From positions 2,400,001 to 2,464,000 of the forward strand of contig CP147779.1 in NCBI GenBank assembly GCA_037308085.1: 64,000 bases of DNA, written 5' to 3'. The notes below the pieces were generated by a model that saw nothing but the letters and a program-made list of their open reading frames with translations, did not search any database and was not told the DNA's origin. The stretch comes from Promethearchaeati archaeon SRVP18_Atabeyarchaeia-1. Its GTDB lineage: Archaea; Asgardarchaeota; Atabeyarchaeia; Atabeyarchaeales; Atabeyarchaeaceae. Below, in pieces: positions 1 to 10,517 of the stretch; position 1 is the first letter of the stretch; each line of letters starts with the position of its first letter. The position numbers were made by a program, and so were the translations under genes.

Positions 1-1029
1 GAAACAAGCGCGTTGGGAAACTGGGAGGAGAAGTTTTACAGGACAGTGTTGGAGACGGTGGGAAAGAAGGTCACGATGATTGTCGGCGTGACGCCGCTTC
101 TAATGTCAATGTTCCAGAGGATGGCGGATGACTATCCTGAGCATCTTCTTCGAGATGTCGGAGATGGTGAAACGAGGAGGCTAATCCAGCGCATCCTCAG
201 GAGGAATGATGGTAGGCTGCTGCCGATTGATGTCTGGAAAGACTTGAAGCTCTTTTGCCCATCAAGCGCCTCAATCAAACCCTACCTGTCAAGGTACAGG
301 CAGCTATTCGGAGACACGCCCTTGAGGGAATCGTATGGGGCCACTGAGGGGCAGTTCGGGCAGGAGGTCGAAGAAGGCGGCGGTTTGTTGCTGAATTGGG
401 ACAAGTACCTCTATGAATTCGTTCCCTTCCACGAGGAAAGCCGAGCCCGCGGGGTTGGAGACAGGTTACTCGCTTCCGAATTGAATGTTGGCAGCACGTA
501 CGAGCTTCTCGTGACAACGCCTTCCGGTCTCTACTCTTACCGAATCGGGGATGTCTTGAGACTTGAAAGGAGGAACCCCTACACCTTTGTCATAGTCGGC
601 CGAACAAAACTGACTCTGAATCTATTCGGGGAGAAGGTCTGCGAGGAACATGTTTCAGCGGCCGTTAGGGCTGCTGAAGAAACCACGAGCGCGACGATCG
701 CTGAATATAGTTGTATGGCGGTTGGCAGCGGAGGGGCGGGAAAAGAGCCGCGCTACATCCTCTGCGTCGAATTCATAAAGTCACCCAGGGACAAGAAGAA
801 GTTCATCAGTGCATGGGATAGAAAACTGCAGGAAATTGCGCCAGGCTATGCATGCTTCAGAGCTAATGATACCCTGCTAAAGCCACCAGAAATAGTGCCG
901 CTCATCAAGGGTACCTTCCAGGAATACGAGCAGAGGCGGATGAGGAGCCCTCTGGCAATGGGGCAAATCAAACCGCCACACATTGGCAATGGAGCTGAAC
1001 TGCTTTCAGAGCTTCAGGTTCGGTTATGA
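1..1029 (+). CDS. GH3 auxin-responsive family acyl-adenylate/amido synthetase (5' end outside window)
   Basis: Frame is open from base 1. GH3 motifs ESYGATEG, YELLVTTPSGLYSYRIGD, GEKV..E and C-terminal GQIKPP. Confidence 0.85.
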   Translation, partial: ETSALGNWEEKFYRTVLETVGKKVTMIVGVTPLLMSMFQRMADDYPEHLLRDVGDGETRRLIQRILRRNDGRLLPIDVWKDLKLFCPSSASIKPYLSRYRQLFGDTPLRESYGATEGQFGQEVEEGGGLLLNWDKYLYEFVPFHEESRARGVGDRLLASELNVGSTYELLVTTPSGLYSYRIGDVLRLERRNPYTFVIVGRTKLTLNLFGEKVCEEHVSAAVRAAEETTSATIAEYSCMAVGSGGAGKEPRYILCVEFIKSPRDKKKFISAWDRKLQEIAPGYACFRANDTLLKPPEIVPLIKGTFQEYEQRRMRSPLAMGQIKPPHIGNGAELLSELQVRL

Positions 1030-1052
1030 TTTCAATTACCTGCAAGGCGTGC

Positions 1053-2150
1053 CTAAGGTATTGTTTCAGTGCCATTGTTGTAAGGGGCATACTCAAATTC
1101 GTCTGGTGAGATCATCTTCCTCGAGATCAGTTCCACGACTTGCCCCTTCAGCTGTTTCAGTTCAGCTATCATTGCTCTGGTGGATCTGCATACACTTCGG
1201 AAGCCGCCTTCCCCCCACAGCTTTGTTTTGTTTGTGAATAGGCATCTGCCGCCACACAGATCAAGAATGTCACAGCTTGTACAGGGAGCGCCGACTTCGA
1301 CTCTGCGCGGTAGATCGCTTGGCTTGCTCTGGAATATTGATCCGACCCTAGCAAACTCCCATTCAGGCGCTATCGGACAGACTGTTATCTCACCGGAGGT
1401 AGTGACGGCGAACGAGTCTATACCTGCGCCGCATCTCAGGCCCGCGTTACCCCCATTGAGAAGGGTGCGCATTATCCCCGTGAAAGGCAGAATCGGTAAG
1501 ACTTTTCCATGCCTAACTAGCGAGTCTCCCCACATCCTCACAAGTCTCTCGATGCCAGGGTCGTAGGATTCACCGATCCATCTTTCGAAGTTGTTCCAGC
1601 GAAGGTCCGGCGGGCTGTCCCAGAGTGCGTCGATCTGCCAGTGAACGTGGTTGAATTCGGGGTTCTTCAGTTCTAAGAGGTGGCTCACGTCGAGGAATAT
1701 ATCCGTATGCTCTGAGGCTGTCATCCTAGCGATAAGGTCTCCTGCGAAACCGTTCTGCCTTATCCCCTGTAAGTTATGAAGGATCTTATCGTAAACACCT
1801 TCTCCCCTGTAGCGATCAGTCGTTTCCCTCCTGCCGTCAATCGAGACAAGAATTGCGCCGAGTTTTTTCAAGTACTCGCGTCCCAAGTTTCTTAACTCGG
1901 TTGCGTTCGTCTGGAGGAGAAAGCTCTCTGCGGGGATTGAGTCCATTATCTGCTCCAACAGATGTTGGCGCACAAGAGGCTCTCCGCCGTAGAATATTAT
2001 TGATGGCTTAGGGTCTTGCGCCAAGAAGTTCTTCAGGTCCTGGACATTGTACTCGATCTCCCGTGGCGCTGACTCGTTGCAGTCTTCCACGTATCCGCAG
2101 TATTTGCAGCTGAGGTTACACGCATGAGTTAAGACTGTGAAGTAGAGCAA
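1053..2150 (-). CDS. Radical SAM/SPASM protein (archaeal AF0577-like family)
   Basis: CNLSCKYC radical SAM motif, YGGEP, and SPASM cysteines (CGAG...CP...CxxCxxxxxCGGRC). Confidence 0.85.
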   Translation of the reverse strand: MLYFTVLTHACNLSCKYCGYVEDCNESAPREIEYNVQDLKNFLAQDPKPSIIFYGGEPLVRQHLLEQIMDSIPAESFLLQTNATELRNLGREYLKKLGAILVSIDGRRETTDRYRGEGVYDKILHNLQGIRQNGFAGDLIARMTASEHTDIFLDVSHLLELKNPEFNHVHWQIDALWDSPPDLRWNNFERWIGESYDPGIERLVRMWGDSLVRHGKVLPILPFTGIMRTLLNGGNAGLRCGAGIDSFAVTTSGEITVCPIAPEWEFARVGSIFQSKPSDLPRRVEVGAPCTSCDILDLCGGRCLFTNKTKLWGEGGFRSVCRSTRAMIAELKQLKGQVVELISRKMISPDEFEYAPYNNGTETIP

Positions 2151-2369
2151 GACTAAATGACCACGGCACTAGTATGTGACATAGAGATGTGTCTTCACCT
2201 GATGGTATTATTCTTTTCTCCACGTATGCTCCATCTACCTATCCGCGCTTTCACTTCCTCGCATAGACCTGTGAACTCAGAAACCTTCTTATGTTCGGTT
2301 GCATCAAGTCACACTCTGGGGGCGCGCTCACAGAAGTGCCTCGAACGTGAAAGACAGGTGCGTCGCAAC

Positions 2370-2624
2370 ATGGCGATCATCAGCGAGCGTTCCATCGAGA
2401 AGGTTAGGCTCGAACTAGAATCACTAAGGAGAAGCGGAGCAGATCCTATGGAGGTATTGGCTGACCTAAATGGAGCCATGTGGATGACAATACTTGACTT
2501 GATAATGATGGAACGTGGATCGGGAACCATTCCCGAGAAAGAGCTTCTGGAGGCATGCAGAGAAATAGCTCTTCTTGGCAGGAGGGACGCCCCAAATCGT
2601 GAGGAAATTCACAGAAACCGTTAA
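2370..2624 (+). CDS. Small helical protein upstream of a nucleotidyltransferase (possible antitoxin-like partner)
   Basis: ATG at 2370; overlaps the start of the NTase gene. Confidence 0.5.
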   Translation: MAIISERSIEKVRLELESLRRSGADPMEVLADLNGAMWMTILDLIMMERGSGTIPEKELLEACREIALLGRRDAPNREEIHRNR

Positions 2625-3159
2625 GGCGGCTCTGAGAGCTCTGAACGCTGCAAATGCGGAATACGTTGTTGTCGGTGGATTAGCAGCAATATTCTATGGT
2701 CGACCGAGAACAACATCCGATGTTGACATAATAATCGACTTCGCCAAGACAGACCACTTGCGGGTTGCCGATTCACTGAAGAGAGAAGGATTCGAAGTGA
2801 CTCTGAGGGAGATCCAGCAAGCTATCAGTGAGAGAAACCATTTCACTGTATTCGACAGGGAGTCACCATACCGCCTTGACATACAAGGAGTATACAAGGC
2901 TCTCGATGAAGCAAGCCTCAATGGAAGGAGAAAGCGAGACTTGTTTGGGGAGCAAGCTTGGATCGAGTCCCCAGAAGATCTGGTGGTAGCAAAACTAGTA
3001 TACGGAAGCCAACAAGACTTGGAGGATAGTCTCGCTGTACTGATAAGACAGAAATCATCCCTCAACATCGACTACCTCAAGAATCGGGCTGCCGAAAGCA
3101 GGGTCAAGGACAAACTCAGGAAGCTACTCGAATCGAGCGAAGGTACTCGCTCTAGATGA
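2575..3159 (+). CDS. Nucleotidyltransferase (DUF6036-like)
   Basis: VVVGGLAA...GRPRTTSDVD motif, plus EDLVVAKL and QQDLED. True start may be GTG at 2599. Confidence 0.75.
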   Translation: MAGGTPQIVRKFTETVKAALRALNAANAEYVVVGGLAAIFYGRPRTTSDVDIIIDFAKTDHLRVADSLKREGFEVTLREIQQAISERNHFTVFDRESPYRLDIQGVYKALDEASLNGRRKRDLFGEQAWIESPEDLVVAKLVYGSQQDLEDSLAVLIRQKSSLNIDYLKNRAAESRVKDKLRKLLESSEGTRSR

Positions 3160-3271
3160 GAGCAAGGGTTTGGGCTTTCTCGCAACGTTGATCGTGAATA
3201 GGCGGCTGATTGACTCCCACCAAAGGATGTAAGGGAGTATGGTATTTGAGGCTCCCAGCTGAAACCTCTCT

Positions 3272-3319
3272 GTGACTCCCCCGCCCTTAAAGGGATGTGG
3301 GCTTCCTGCAGCGAATATC
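3272..3319 (-). mobile_element. Solo IS200/IS605 terminal hairpin remnant
   Basis: gtgactcccccgcccttaaagggatgtgggcttcc closely resembles the hairpin ends at 14761-14790 and 23671-23704. Confidence 0.5.
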
Positions 3320-3376
3320 GCGAAACTGACTTTCCTGTGGAGGATTGTCTCGCCCGGAAACCCTTCATGCCCTGAC

Positions 3377-5332
3377 TTATTTCTTCCTTACTTTGACCAC
3401 TGTTGTGTTGAATGTTGAGCCTCCGCCAAGATTCTGAATTGTGTCGGGTATTATTGTGTTCTGAGGCTTTCCATTCAGGTCTCTGCATTCTCTGGGCGAC
3501 CAGAGAACACCTTTGGGAACTGAGTTTGATATCTCTGCTCTGAGTTCGATGCTCTCTTTCCCTTTGATGAGTTCGATTGCGCCCTCGTTAACCAGGGAAT
3601 AGGTCCTGGCATCTTCTGGGTTAATGAGCACTATCGGGGGCAGCGGGCCGTACACGTCCTGAAACTGGGTATGTGTGTACTTTGAGACTGCGCTGGTTAG
3701 GAGGACGAATCCGTCGCCCTCAGGAAGAGGATACTGTTTCGGAAGCGGGGTTATTCCCAATTCCTCGGCCTTTGTTGCATAGAACTCTATTTTGCCTGAG
3801 GGGGTCTGATACTCGGACTTTGGTTTCATTTTCAGCTTCAGCTTCTTTCCTTCTCTCAGGTCGGCTGGGCTTCCGTTTTCAAAGGCATTCTTCATGGCTT
3901 TTTCAATCGCTTCCCACTTATCCTCACGAAGCCAGCTCTCTGAGAGATTCAATCTGCCGGCTACTTGAGATGTGAGCCATAATTCGTCTCTGCTTTCTCC
4001 CAGAGGCTCCATGACCTTGTTCGATTTTCTGACATATCTGTGGCTGTATGAGGGCACGATATCCTCCTTCTCTAGGAAGGTAGGAGCTGGCAGAACCAGA
4101 TCGGCGTACTTCTTGGCGGTCTGGGTCCAATGAGTGTCATGAACGACTACGTATAGATCTCTTCTTCTCAGCCCATCAACTACCTCCTGCACATTTGGTA
4201 GGGTTTCCGCTGGGTTCATGTTGTGGATGTAGAGGAACTTGTATTCGCCCTGTTTCAGATGCTGGCCTGCCTTGACTTGGCTGATCACTTTGATCTTTCT
4301 GAGTGTGAGTGATTCGCCCGTGAGATATTTATTGTCTATATTCCAGCCTCTGCTGTTTGAATAGTAGAAGCCCCTATGCAGACCCACTAGCGCCGGTATT
4401 AGCGAAACTGCTCTAACCGATTCGGCGCCGAATAGTCCTTTCTGCATTCCTATCCCTATCATTGTGACACTGGGCTTGTTGTCGGCGTATAACTCGGCTA
4501 ACTTCGCTATTGCGTCCCAATTTAAGCCGGTGACTTTCTCGATCGATTCGAGGCTCCACCTTGATACCTCCTCCTTTAGCTTGCCAAAACCCTGTGTGTA
4601 TTTCTCGAGGAAGTCGATGTCGACGAGGTTCCTTCCGACCATGTGTTTCATCACGCCTAGAGCTAGTGCGACATCGCTTCCTGGTTTGGGTTGAATCCAA
4701 AGATCAGCCGTCCTGGTTGTCTCACACTGCCGCGGGTCCACGGCGACGACCAGTCCGCCCTTCGTCCTTGTCTTTGAAGACAAGGAGTGCAGGTGTGGAG
4801 CGCTTACCGCCGCGTTGAAGCCCCAGTAGACGGTCAGCTTCATCTTTGGGAGATCATCGGGGTCAGAACCGTAAGATGACCCGTAGTGAAGTGAGAGCGC
4901 TTCATGTCCAGACCTGCTGCACACAGCTTCGTCTGTTTGGCTAAAACCTAAGGCGTAGAACAACCTCTGAGGCAGGGAGGTAGTGAATAGGCCCATGTTT
5001 CCGCTGTAGTACAAATGCAGAAGAGAGTCTGGTCCATGCCTATTCATCGTATCCCTTATTTTGTCAGCTAGAACATTAAGTGCATCGTTCCACGATACCC
5101 TCTCAAAAGGTCCATCGGGCTTATCGCCAACCCGCCTATGAGGGTATAGCACGCGCTCCCGACTGTAGGCTCTCCTGATGTCAGCTACTCCTCGAGGGCA
5201 AAGAAAGCCCCGGGTGACAAGGCTGTCCTCATCTCCTACCACTCGGGTCGGATTCTTGTTGTTGCTCAATAGGACTTTCATGGAACACGTGTCATAGCAG
5301 TCACGGGGGCAAACAGTTTCCACGTAGACCAT
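3377..5332 (-). CDS. Molybdopterin-dependent oxidoreductase (DMSO reductase/FDH-alpha family)
   Basis: N-terminal CPRDCYDTC...GFLCPRG 4Fe-4S motif, ADLVLPA and TPSGKIEF. Confidence 0.9.
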   Translation of the reverse strand: MVYVETVCPRDCYDTCSMKVLLSNNKNPTRVVGDEDSLVTRGFLCPRGVADIRRAYSRERVLYPHRRVGDKPDGPFERVSWNDALNVLADKIRDTMNRHGPDSLLHLYYSGNMGLFTTSLPQRLFYALGFSQTDEAVCSRSGHEALSLHYGSSYGSDPDDLPKMKLTVYWGFNAAVSAPHLHSLSSKTRTKGGLVVAVDPRQCETTRTADLWIQPKPGSDVALALGVMKHMVGRNLVDIDFLEKYTQGFGKLKEEVSRWSLESIEKVTGLNWDAIAKLAELYADNKPSVTMIGIGMQKGLFGAESVRAVSLIPALVGLHRGFYYSNSRGWNIDNKYLTGESLTLRKIKVISQVKAGQHLKQGEYKFLYIHNMNPAETLPNVQEVVDGLRRRDLYVVVHDTHWTQTAKKYADLVLPAPTFLEKEDIVPSYSHRYVRKSNKVMEPLGESRDELWLTSQVAGRLNLSESWLREDKWEAIEKAMKNAFENGSPADLREGKKLKLKMKPKSEYQTPSGKIEFYATKAEELGITPLPKQYPLPEGDGFVLLTSAVSKYTHTQFQDVYGPLPPIVLINPEDARTYSLVNEGAIELIKGKESIELRAEISNSVPKGVLWSPRECRDLNGKPQNTIIPDTIQNLGGGSTFNTTVVKVRKK

Positions 5333-5574
5333 AGATCCATCAACTTCTGCGCAATTAAGAGGACCAGAAGTCGCTTTAAGACTTACTTGATTGAAGCATA
5401 ATTAGGTCAATGGGTACATGGTTCTCATGCGTCTTCTATTCTAGATTTAGATGAGCGACGAAGGAAGGGGTTGAGAAGTGATGAAGTAGGCAAAGAGTTA
5501 TGTGGAAGAAAACTGATAACACCTGAAGTTGAGCAGCGATCCTGTTACTCCGATCTACGATCTGGGGAGATGAT

Positions 5575-6912
5575 TTGCCAATGCAGGAAGAGGTTCGGCA
5601 AGATGCCATTGAGTGGAGAAGCAAAGGCGACACTTTTCTGAATAGCTGTAAATTCGAAGAAGCGCTCAAATGCTATGACAAAGCGGTAAAGCTGCAGCCC
5701 AACTATTCCCTGGCACTTAGCAAGAAAGGATATGCCTTGCTCTACCTCCATAGGCTAAAGGAATCAGTCGATTGCTGTGACGAAGCTACAAGAACGGACC
5801 CTGAAAGTGCCTTCGCTTGGATTATCAAAGGCTTCTCGCTATACTACCTTCACAGACCGGATGAATCCGTGAATTGCTTCACGGAGTCTCTGAAACTGGA
5901 TGACAAGAATGCCTCACTAACTCTAAAGTGGAGGGGATTTGCCCTCGCAAACATCGGCAGAATGGAAGAGTCACTGAAGCACTTTTACCAATCACTGGAA
6001 GCGAATGAAAGTAACGCTTTCGTAACATGGCAAGGCATAGGTCTTGCTCTCCAGAATCTTGGGCAACTGGGGGAAGCCATAGGGTTCCTCGACAGATCAC
6101 TAAGCGTAAACCCACGGTACCCATTTGCCTGGCACAGCAAAGGTTCGGCGTTGTACCGTCTCGGCAAATACGAAGAAGCTGAGAGATGCTTCGACGAAGC
6201 AATAAAAATAGACAAGAGAGATTCGACAGCGTTACGCGGCAAAGGCGATTCGCTCTTCAGTCTCGGGAAGTTCAGGGATGCGGAAAAGAGCTATGGCGAG
6301 GCAATCAAGCTCGATCCTACTGACGCGTTCAGTTGGCATGGTATCGGCTGGGCGCTGCTCAATCTCGGAAAGGACAAAGAGGCGATAGAGGACTTCAACA
6401 AGGTATTGGAGCTAGATTCAAAGCGTTCAACCGCATGGCTCGGGAGGGGACTAGCCTTTCGCCGGCTTGATAGATTAGAAGAATCATCTAAATGTTTGGA
6501 AGAATCGCTGAGGCTAAGCAAGGAGGGCAGTCTGCTGAATCCGTACGAGCGAGGTCTTGCCTTTCTCAACCTCGGAAACTATGAGGAAGCAATAGGATGC
6601 TATGATGAGGCCATCAGAATAGACCCAAGGAACGCTTGGGCATGGTACGGCAAGGGCCTAGCTCTTCACGCCGCCTCAAGATTTGAGGAAGCAATTCCAT
6701 CCTATGATATGGCTCTGGAACTGAAAACCGATCTAGACCCCGCGAGACAAGCCAAGAATGAAGCTATGGGGAAGAAGAAGCCAAATCTGAAGAGTTTAGG
6801 CGGCTGGATATTGTCCGGAGTCAAGCATGTCGCAGGCTCACCCCTCTCAGATTATATTAGCATGGGGCAGAGCGTTCTTGACCTAGTAAGGAAACTTAAG
6901 GAGCTCAGATGA
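5575..6912 (+). CDS. Tetratricopeptide repeat protein
   Basis: About 11 tandem 34-aa repeats of the type AW..KG..L..LG...EA...FD.AI. Confidence 0.9.
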   Translation: MPMQEEVRQDAIEWRSKGDTFLNSCKFEEALKCYDKAVKLQPNYSLALSKKGYALLYLHRLKESVDCCDEATRTDPESAFAWIIKGFSLYYLHRPDESVNCFTESLKLDDKNASLTLKWRGFALANIGRMEESLKHFYQSLEANESNAFVTWQGIGLALQNLGQLGEAIGFLDRSLSVNPRYPFAWHSKGSALYRLGKYEEAERCFDEAIKIDKRDSTALRGKGDSLFSLGKFRDAEKSYGEAIKLDPTDAFSWHGIGWALLNLGKDKEAIEDFNKVLELDSKRSTAWLGRGLAFRRLDRLEESSKCLEESLRLSKEGSLLNPYERGLAFLNLGNYEEAIGCYDEAIRIDPRNAWAWYGKGLALHAASRFEEAIPSYDMALELKTDLDPARQAKNEAMGKKKPNLKSLGGWILSGVKHVAGSPLSDYISMGQSVLDLVRKLKELR

Positions 6913-6947
6913 ACTTCGGGCCAAGCTTGTTTGACTATGAACCTCTT

Positions 6948-7985
6948 TCAAACGATTATTACGGCAAAGTACAACAACAGGATGCCAACGCCAAGCGGGA
7001 CTCCTAGCCTCGCCCATTCTCTGCTTCTAATCTTCAATTTGCCGGAAGAGATTATGTTGGGGATATTTCCGGGAATCAGCATTCCACCCGCTATCGAAAG
7101 GCCGAGCATCGCACAGTTTATCTGGACAAGCGTCATTGCGGGCCATATTTCAGCCGCCGCCAAGGTAGCATTGTCGAGCACTGACGACGCGGAGTTTATC
7201 CAGTAGAGGAAATAAGGCTGGATAGTCGGCACGTATGCCTCCATGAGAGGCTTGAAGGCAGCGCCTATGAAGACTAGGCTCATTATGAAGACATAGATTT
7301 TCGCGGCTCTAGTCAATACCTCCTTCAAGTTCCCCTGCCTGTCCTCCTTTAGATCCCCGCTCCTATCCTCATTCTTGCTGATCATCATGGTGGACAGAAC
7401 GCCCAGAAGCACGATGCCTGGCAAAATATAGGGCCACAGGTTTTCGAAAAGAAACCAGAAACCAGCGTAATGCGGCGCCCCTCCTAGCTTCGCTACTGTG
7501 ATAGCTGCAAGCGGTCCTCCAAGTGGAGTCAATACTGATCCCAACCCTATTGAGTAACATGCGAACACGACAAGCGTTATTTCGTTCCTCCTGCCAAGGT
7601 CTATTGCACTTACTATTTCTACTAGCAACAGAGCCGCGACTATCGCCGTGATGGTGCTTGAAACGATCCCGAACCCTACAACAACAACGAAGAAGAACGA
7701 CTTTTCCCCAACTCTCTTGACTGCTTCGCCAAATTTCCGCGCAAGACGTTTCTTCAACAACATGAAGACTAGCCCCGAGACAAGCACGGCTAAGGTAATA
7801 GTTACAGGTTCGATAATCGCATCAATCATCAGACCGAGGCTCCACTGCCACGTGATCGTTACTGCGATTACCCCCATGAGGAAGAGGAACACTTCAAGTT
7901 CTTCCTCTATTCTCCTTACGGAAAGGGGGAGTATGAAGATCGCAACCAGGATTAATAGCAGCTCCACAATCAACGAATTCGCCAC
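6948..7985 (-). CDS. DUF1646 family membrane protein (putative ion transporter)
   Basis: Many TM helices; motifs LTPLGGPL, LDNATLAAAEI and GGMLIPGNIPNII. Confidence 0.8.
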   Translation of the reverse strand: MANSLIVELLLILVAIFILPLSVRRIEEELEVFLFLMGVIAVTITWQWSLGLMIDAIIEPVTITLAVLVSGLVFMLLKKRLARKFGEAVKRVGEKSFFFVVVVGFGIVSSTITAIVAALLLVEIVSAIDLGRRNEITLVVFACYSIGLGSVLTPLGGPLAAITVAKLGGAPHYAGFWFLFENLWPYILPGIVLLGVLSTMMISKNEDRSGDLKEDRQGNLKEVLTRAAKIYVFIMSLVFIGAAFKPLMEAYVPTIQPYFLYWINSASSVLDNATLAAAEIWPAMTLVQINCAMLGLSIAGGMLIPGNIPNIISSGKLKIRSREWARLGVPLGVGILLLYFAVIIV

Positions 7986-8124
7986 CTTTTGAGCTATCCT
8001 TGAACTTTTAAGAGGCTCATAGATCTCATCCTGCTAGCCCGCGATCTGATGTTCCCAGCTTTGCTGATATCTTAAGCTATACTTATCTCTGGTTCTTCCG
8101 ATTCCTACCCCTAGATGTCCAAGG

Positions 8125-8604
8125 TTATTCATCCACTTGATGGATTTCAACGAAGCCGAGCTTCTCGTAGAGATGTCTGGCAGGGATGTTAGTCTCAGTC
8201 ACGATCAAGCGGAGTTCTTTGTATCCCGCGTCGATTAGTGCGTTCACTGCTTCCCTCAGCAGAAAGGTTGCAATTCCTCGATTCTTGTAGCCCGGAAGAG
8301 TCATAGAGAAGGCTAGCAGAGGCGAATCCATTGGAGCCCACCACGTCACCATGCATGCTGCGGTAGCTCTGCCGTCCTCTTCCACAAGGAAGGAGCATTC
8401 CTGCAGAAATGGACCATATTTTCCGTTAATCGTTCCCTGGACTTCTGAAATCGCGTCGTCGAGTGTCTCGCCTTCATCGTCGACAGTTCCCCTATATGCT
8501 CCCAGCATTAGCTCTCCTAGTGCACGCAAATCACTCGGGGTGATGTTTCTGCATTTCCATTTGTTTCTGATTCTCTGCCTTCCTAGCAGCAGCTTCATTC
8601 TCAT
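8125..8604 (-). CDS. GNAT N-acetyltransferase
   Basis: KNRGIA and N.PA..LYEKLGF motifs. Confidence 0.85.
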   Translation of the reverse strand: MRMKLLLGRQRIRNKWKCRNITPSDLRALGELMLGAYRGTVDDEGETLDDAISEVQGTINGKYGPFLQECSFLVEEDGRATAACMVTWWAPMDSPLLAFSMTLPGYKNRGIATFLLREAVNALIDAGYKELRLIVTETNIPARHLYEKLGFVEIHQVDE

Positions 8605-8740
8605 ACGACGTTTGTTGAATTCTATCTCCTCCCAATGGAATTAGACGAAATCCCTGTCCTGTGCGTACCTCAATAGAGATAAGCCCGATAATATTAGAAA
8701 CTAGCTGTTTGCACAAATAACGGACCGCTGAGGTGAATCG

Positions 8741-9085
8741 ATGCTCTTTGACAAGCGATTTACGAAAGGCGTGGCTGTGATCAACGAGAGAAGACTCACG
8801 GATCCCAGAATACAGGAGGCTCTTAGGCGCTATAACGGGAGAAGCCTAGTCTTCAAGGTGCGTAAGGACGCCTCTTATGTTTTCCATTTCTCAAGTGGCG
8901 AGGGCGTGAAGTACGAGTTGAATCCTCCAAAGGAGCCGAAGTCCATGTACGTGGAAATGGACATCGACAAGGCAAAAAAACTTGTCTACCGCCATACGCT
9001 GGGCATCATGGATGTGTTGTCAATAGTGCATCGCAACATAAAGATGGCTGATATCAATTTCGTTAAGAGTTTGTTTGGAGCATAA
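8741..9085 (+). CDS. Hypothetical protein, possibly SCP2-like lipid-binding fold
   Basis: Clean ORF with a GAGGTGA RBS; the SCP2 resemblance is only in overall sequence pattern. Confidence 0.45.
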   Translation: MLFDKRFTKGVAVINERRLTDPRIQEALRRYNGRSLVFKVRKDASYVFHFSSGEGVKYELNPPKEPKSMYVEMDIDKAKKLVYRHTLGIMDVLSIVHRNIKMADINFVKSLFGA

Positions 9086-9141
9086 AGTCGAGTCACCGGC
9101 GAGTGTTCAAATGAAGTTGCAGGCTCCCTAGAATAGAGGGG

Positions 9142-9615
9142 TTGTTCAAGGAGGCAAGTTTAGTGGCTACAGCTGAGAGAAAGATTGAGTTCAAAGCTGA
9201 TTTGTCCTGGGATGGGAAGAGTGGCGCTGAGGTAAGCCTTGGCAAGAGTTCCAATCTGCACGTCGATATCCCTAGAGAGTTTGGGGGAGAAGGTAAGTAC
9301 CTTTGCCCCGATGATCTCTTCTTCTCGGCAATCGGCGGATGTCTATTGACCACCTTCCTCTACATGCGCAGGAAACTGGAGTTTAACATGAAGAGCCTGA
9401 GAGTAGTAGTGAACGGCGATGTTCAGTCGAAAGGTCCTGAAGGCTTTAGAGTAACAGGCGTACGGGTCAACCTTAGCGTTGAGACAGACAGTGAAGGAGA
9501 GGTGGAGGCGCGCAAATGCATTGAAATGACGGAGAAATTCTGCCATATAACTAGGAGCATAGAAAAGGCTATACCAATCAGAATCTTATCAAACGTTGTT
9601 GTCAAGAAGCAGTAG
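9142..9615 (+). CDS. OsmC family protein
   Basis: FGGEG...PDDLF.SAIGGC and a second Cys (KFCHI). Confidence 0.85.
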   Translation: MFKEASLVATAERKIEFKADLSWDGKSGAEVSLGKSSNLHVDIPREFGGEGKYLCPDDLFFSAIGGCLLTTFLYMRRKLEFNMKSLRVVVNGDVQSKGPEGFRVTGVRVNLSVETDSEGEVEARKCIEMTEKFCHITRSIEKAIPIRILSNVVVKKQ

Positions 9616-9864
9616 AAGAGGAGCCTACATCCCATGGAAGGCAGCTTCATTCCTCGATGCTTATCTGCCTTACTGCTAAGAAGTTCTTTTCCCGTCAATG
9701 CGCAGACCTTGGCTACCGTTGCCTGTCATTGGAGTATATCTGCCGGCGCGGAGAGTTGTTGCCTGATTAGTAAAAAGTGAGACCGCAGGCAGGGCATTTG
9801 ACGGGATCGGCATTCAGTCAGGTGGGAACCTGTATTGTTAGCGCTCGTTCGCTTTGACCGGGAG

Positions 9865-10494
9865 TCACCTTCTTCGGTGCGCATAGAGGGCTGACCTCTC
9901 GACATCCCTGATTTCGTCAGAGGCTTTTAGGAAAGCCGTTGTGGATTTGAATCTCATCCACCTGGAAAGTCTCGCCAAGAAGACCCCTAGGATCACTATG
10001 AAGATGAAAAGGCATGCTAGTCTGAAAACCCATATTTCTGCCGTTGCGGGTCCAGTATGGAAGACGTACCTGATGGCTTCCTCCGCTGTGAATACAGATA
10101 AGACGACGGAGAAATAGATATTCGTCTTTGTTAGTCCTCTGGCTAAGCTGCACCCTTCTTCGTCTTCTATTGAGTACCGCCTGATTTTTCTGCTGTACAC
10201 GCTAGCTTTGTGTACCTCGCCGAACGTGATCAGATTCACGAAAGCTATTACGACGAAGTAAGCCAGAATCACAGCGCCTGCAATAACGAGAATCAATAGT
10301 AGTATAGTGAAGCCCGCGTCTGACGCTGACGCGCCAGTAGATAAGCCACTCAGATCCAGCGATCCACCACCGGTGCTTCCCTGATGGCCGCTTCTGCGTT
10401 CCTTTTCCGCCCCTAGCGTCATGACAAGCCCCTCTATGTAGTAACTGGCTGGTTTCTGGCTTTTTAGTTTTGCCATATGTGACTCGATGCCCAC
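9865..10494 (-). CDS. Hypothetical membrane protein
   Basis: ORF with about 3 hydrophobic segments. Confidence 0.55.
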   Translation of the reverse strand: MGIESHMAKLKSQKPASYYIEGLVMTLGAEKERRSGHQGSTGGGSLDLSGLSTGASASDAGFTILLLILVIAGAVILAYFVVIAFVNLITFGEVHKASVYSRKIRRYSIEDEEGCSLARGLTKTNIYFSVVLSVFTAEEAIRYVFHTGPATAEIWVFRLACLFIFIVILGVFLARLSRWMRFKSTTAFLKASDEIRDVERSALYAHRRR

Positions 10495-10517
10495 AACAAT
10501 TACTCGGTAACGACTAG

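Noticed and set aside
9768-9815. Minus-strand CPACG zinc-ribbon-like fragment
   Set aside because: Very short, has an in-frame stop upstream and no start codon.
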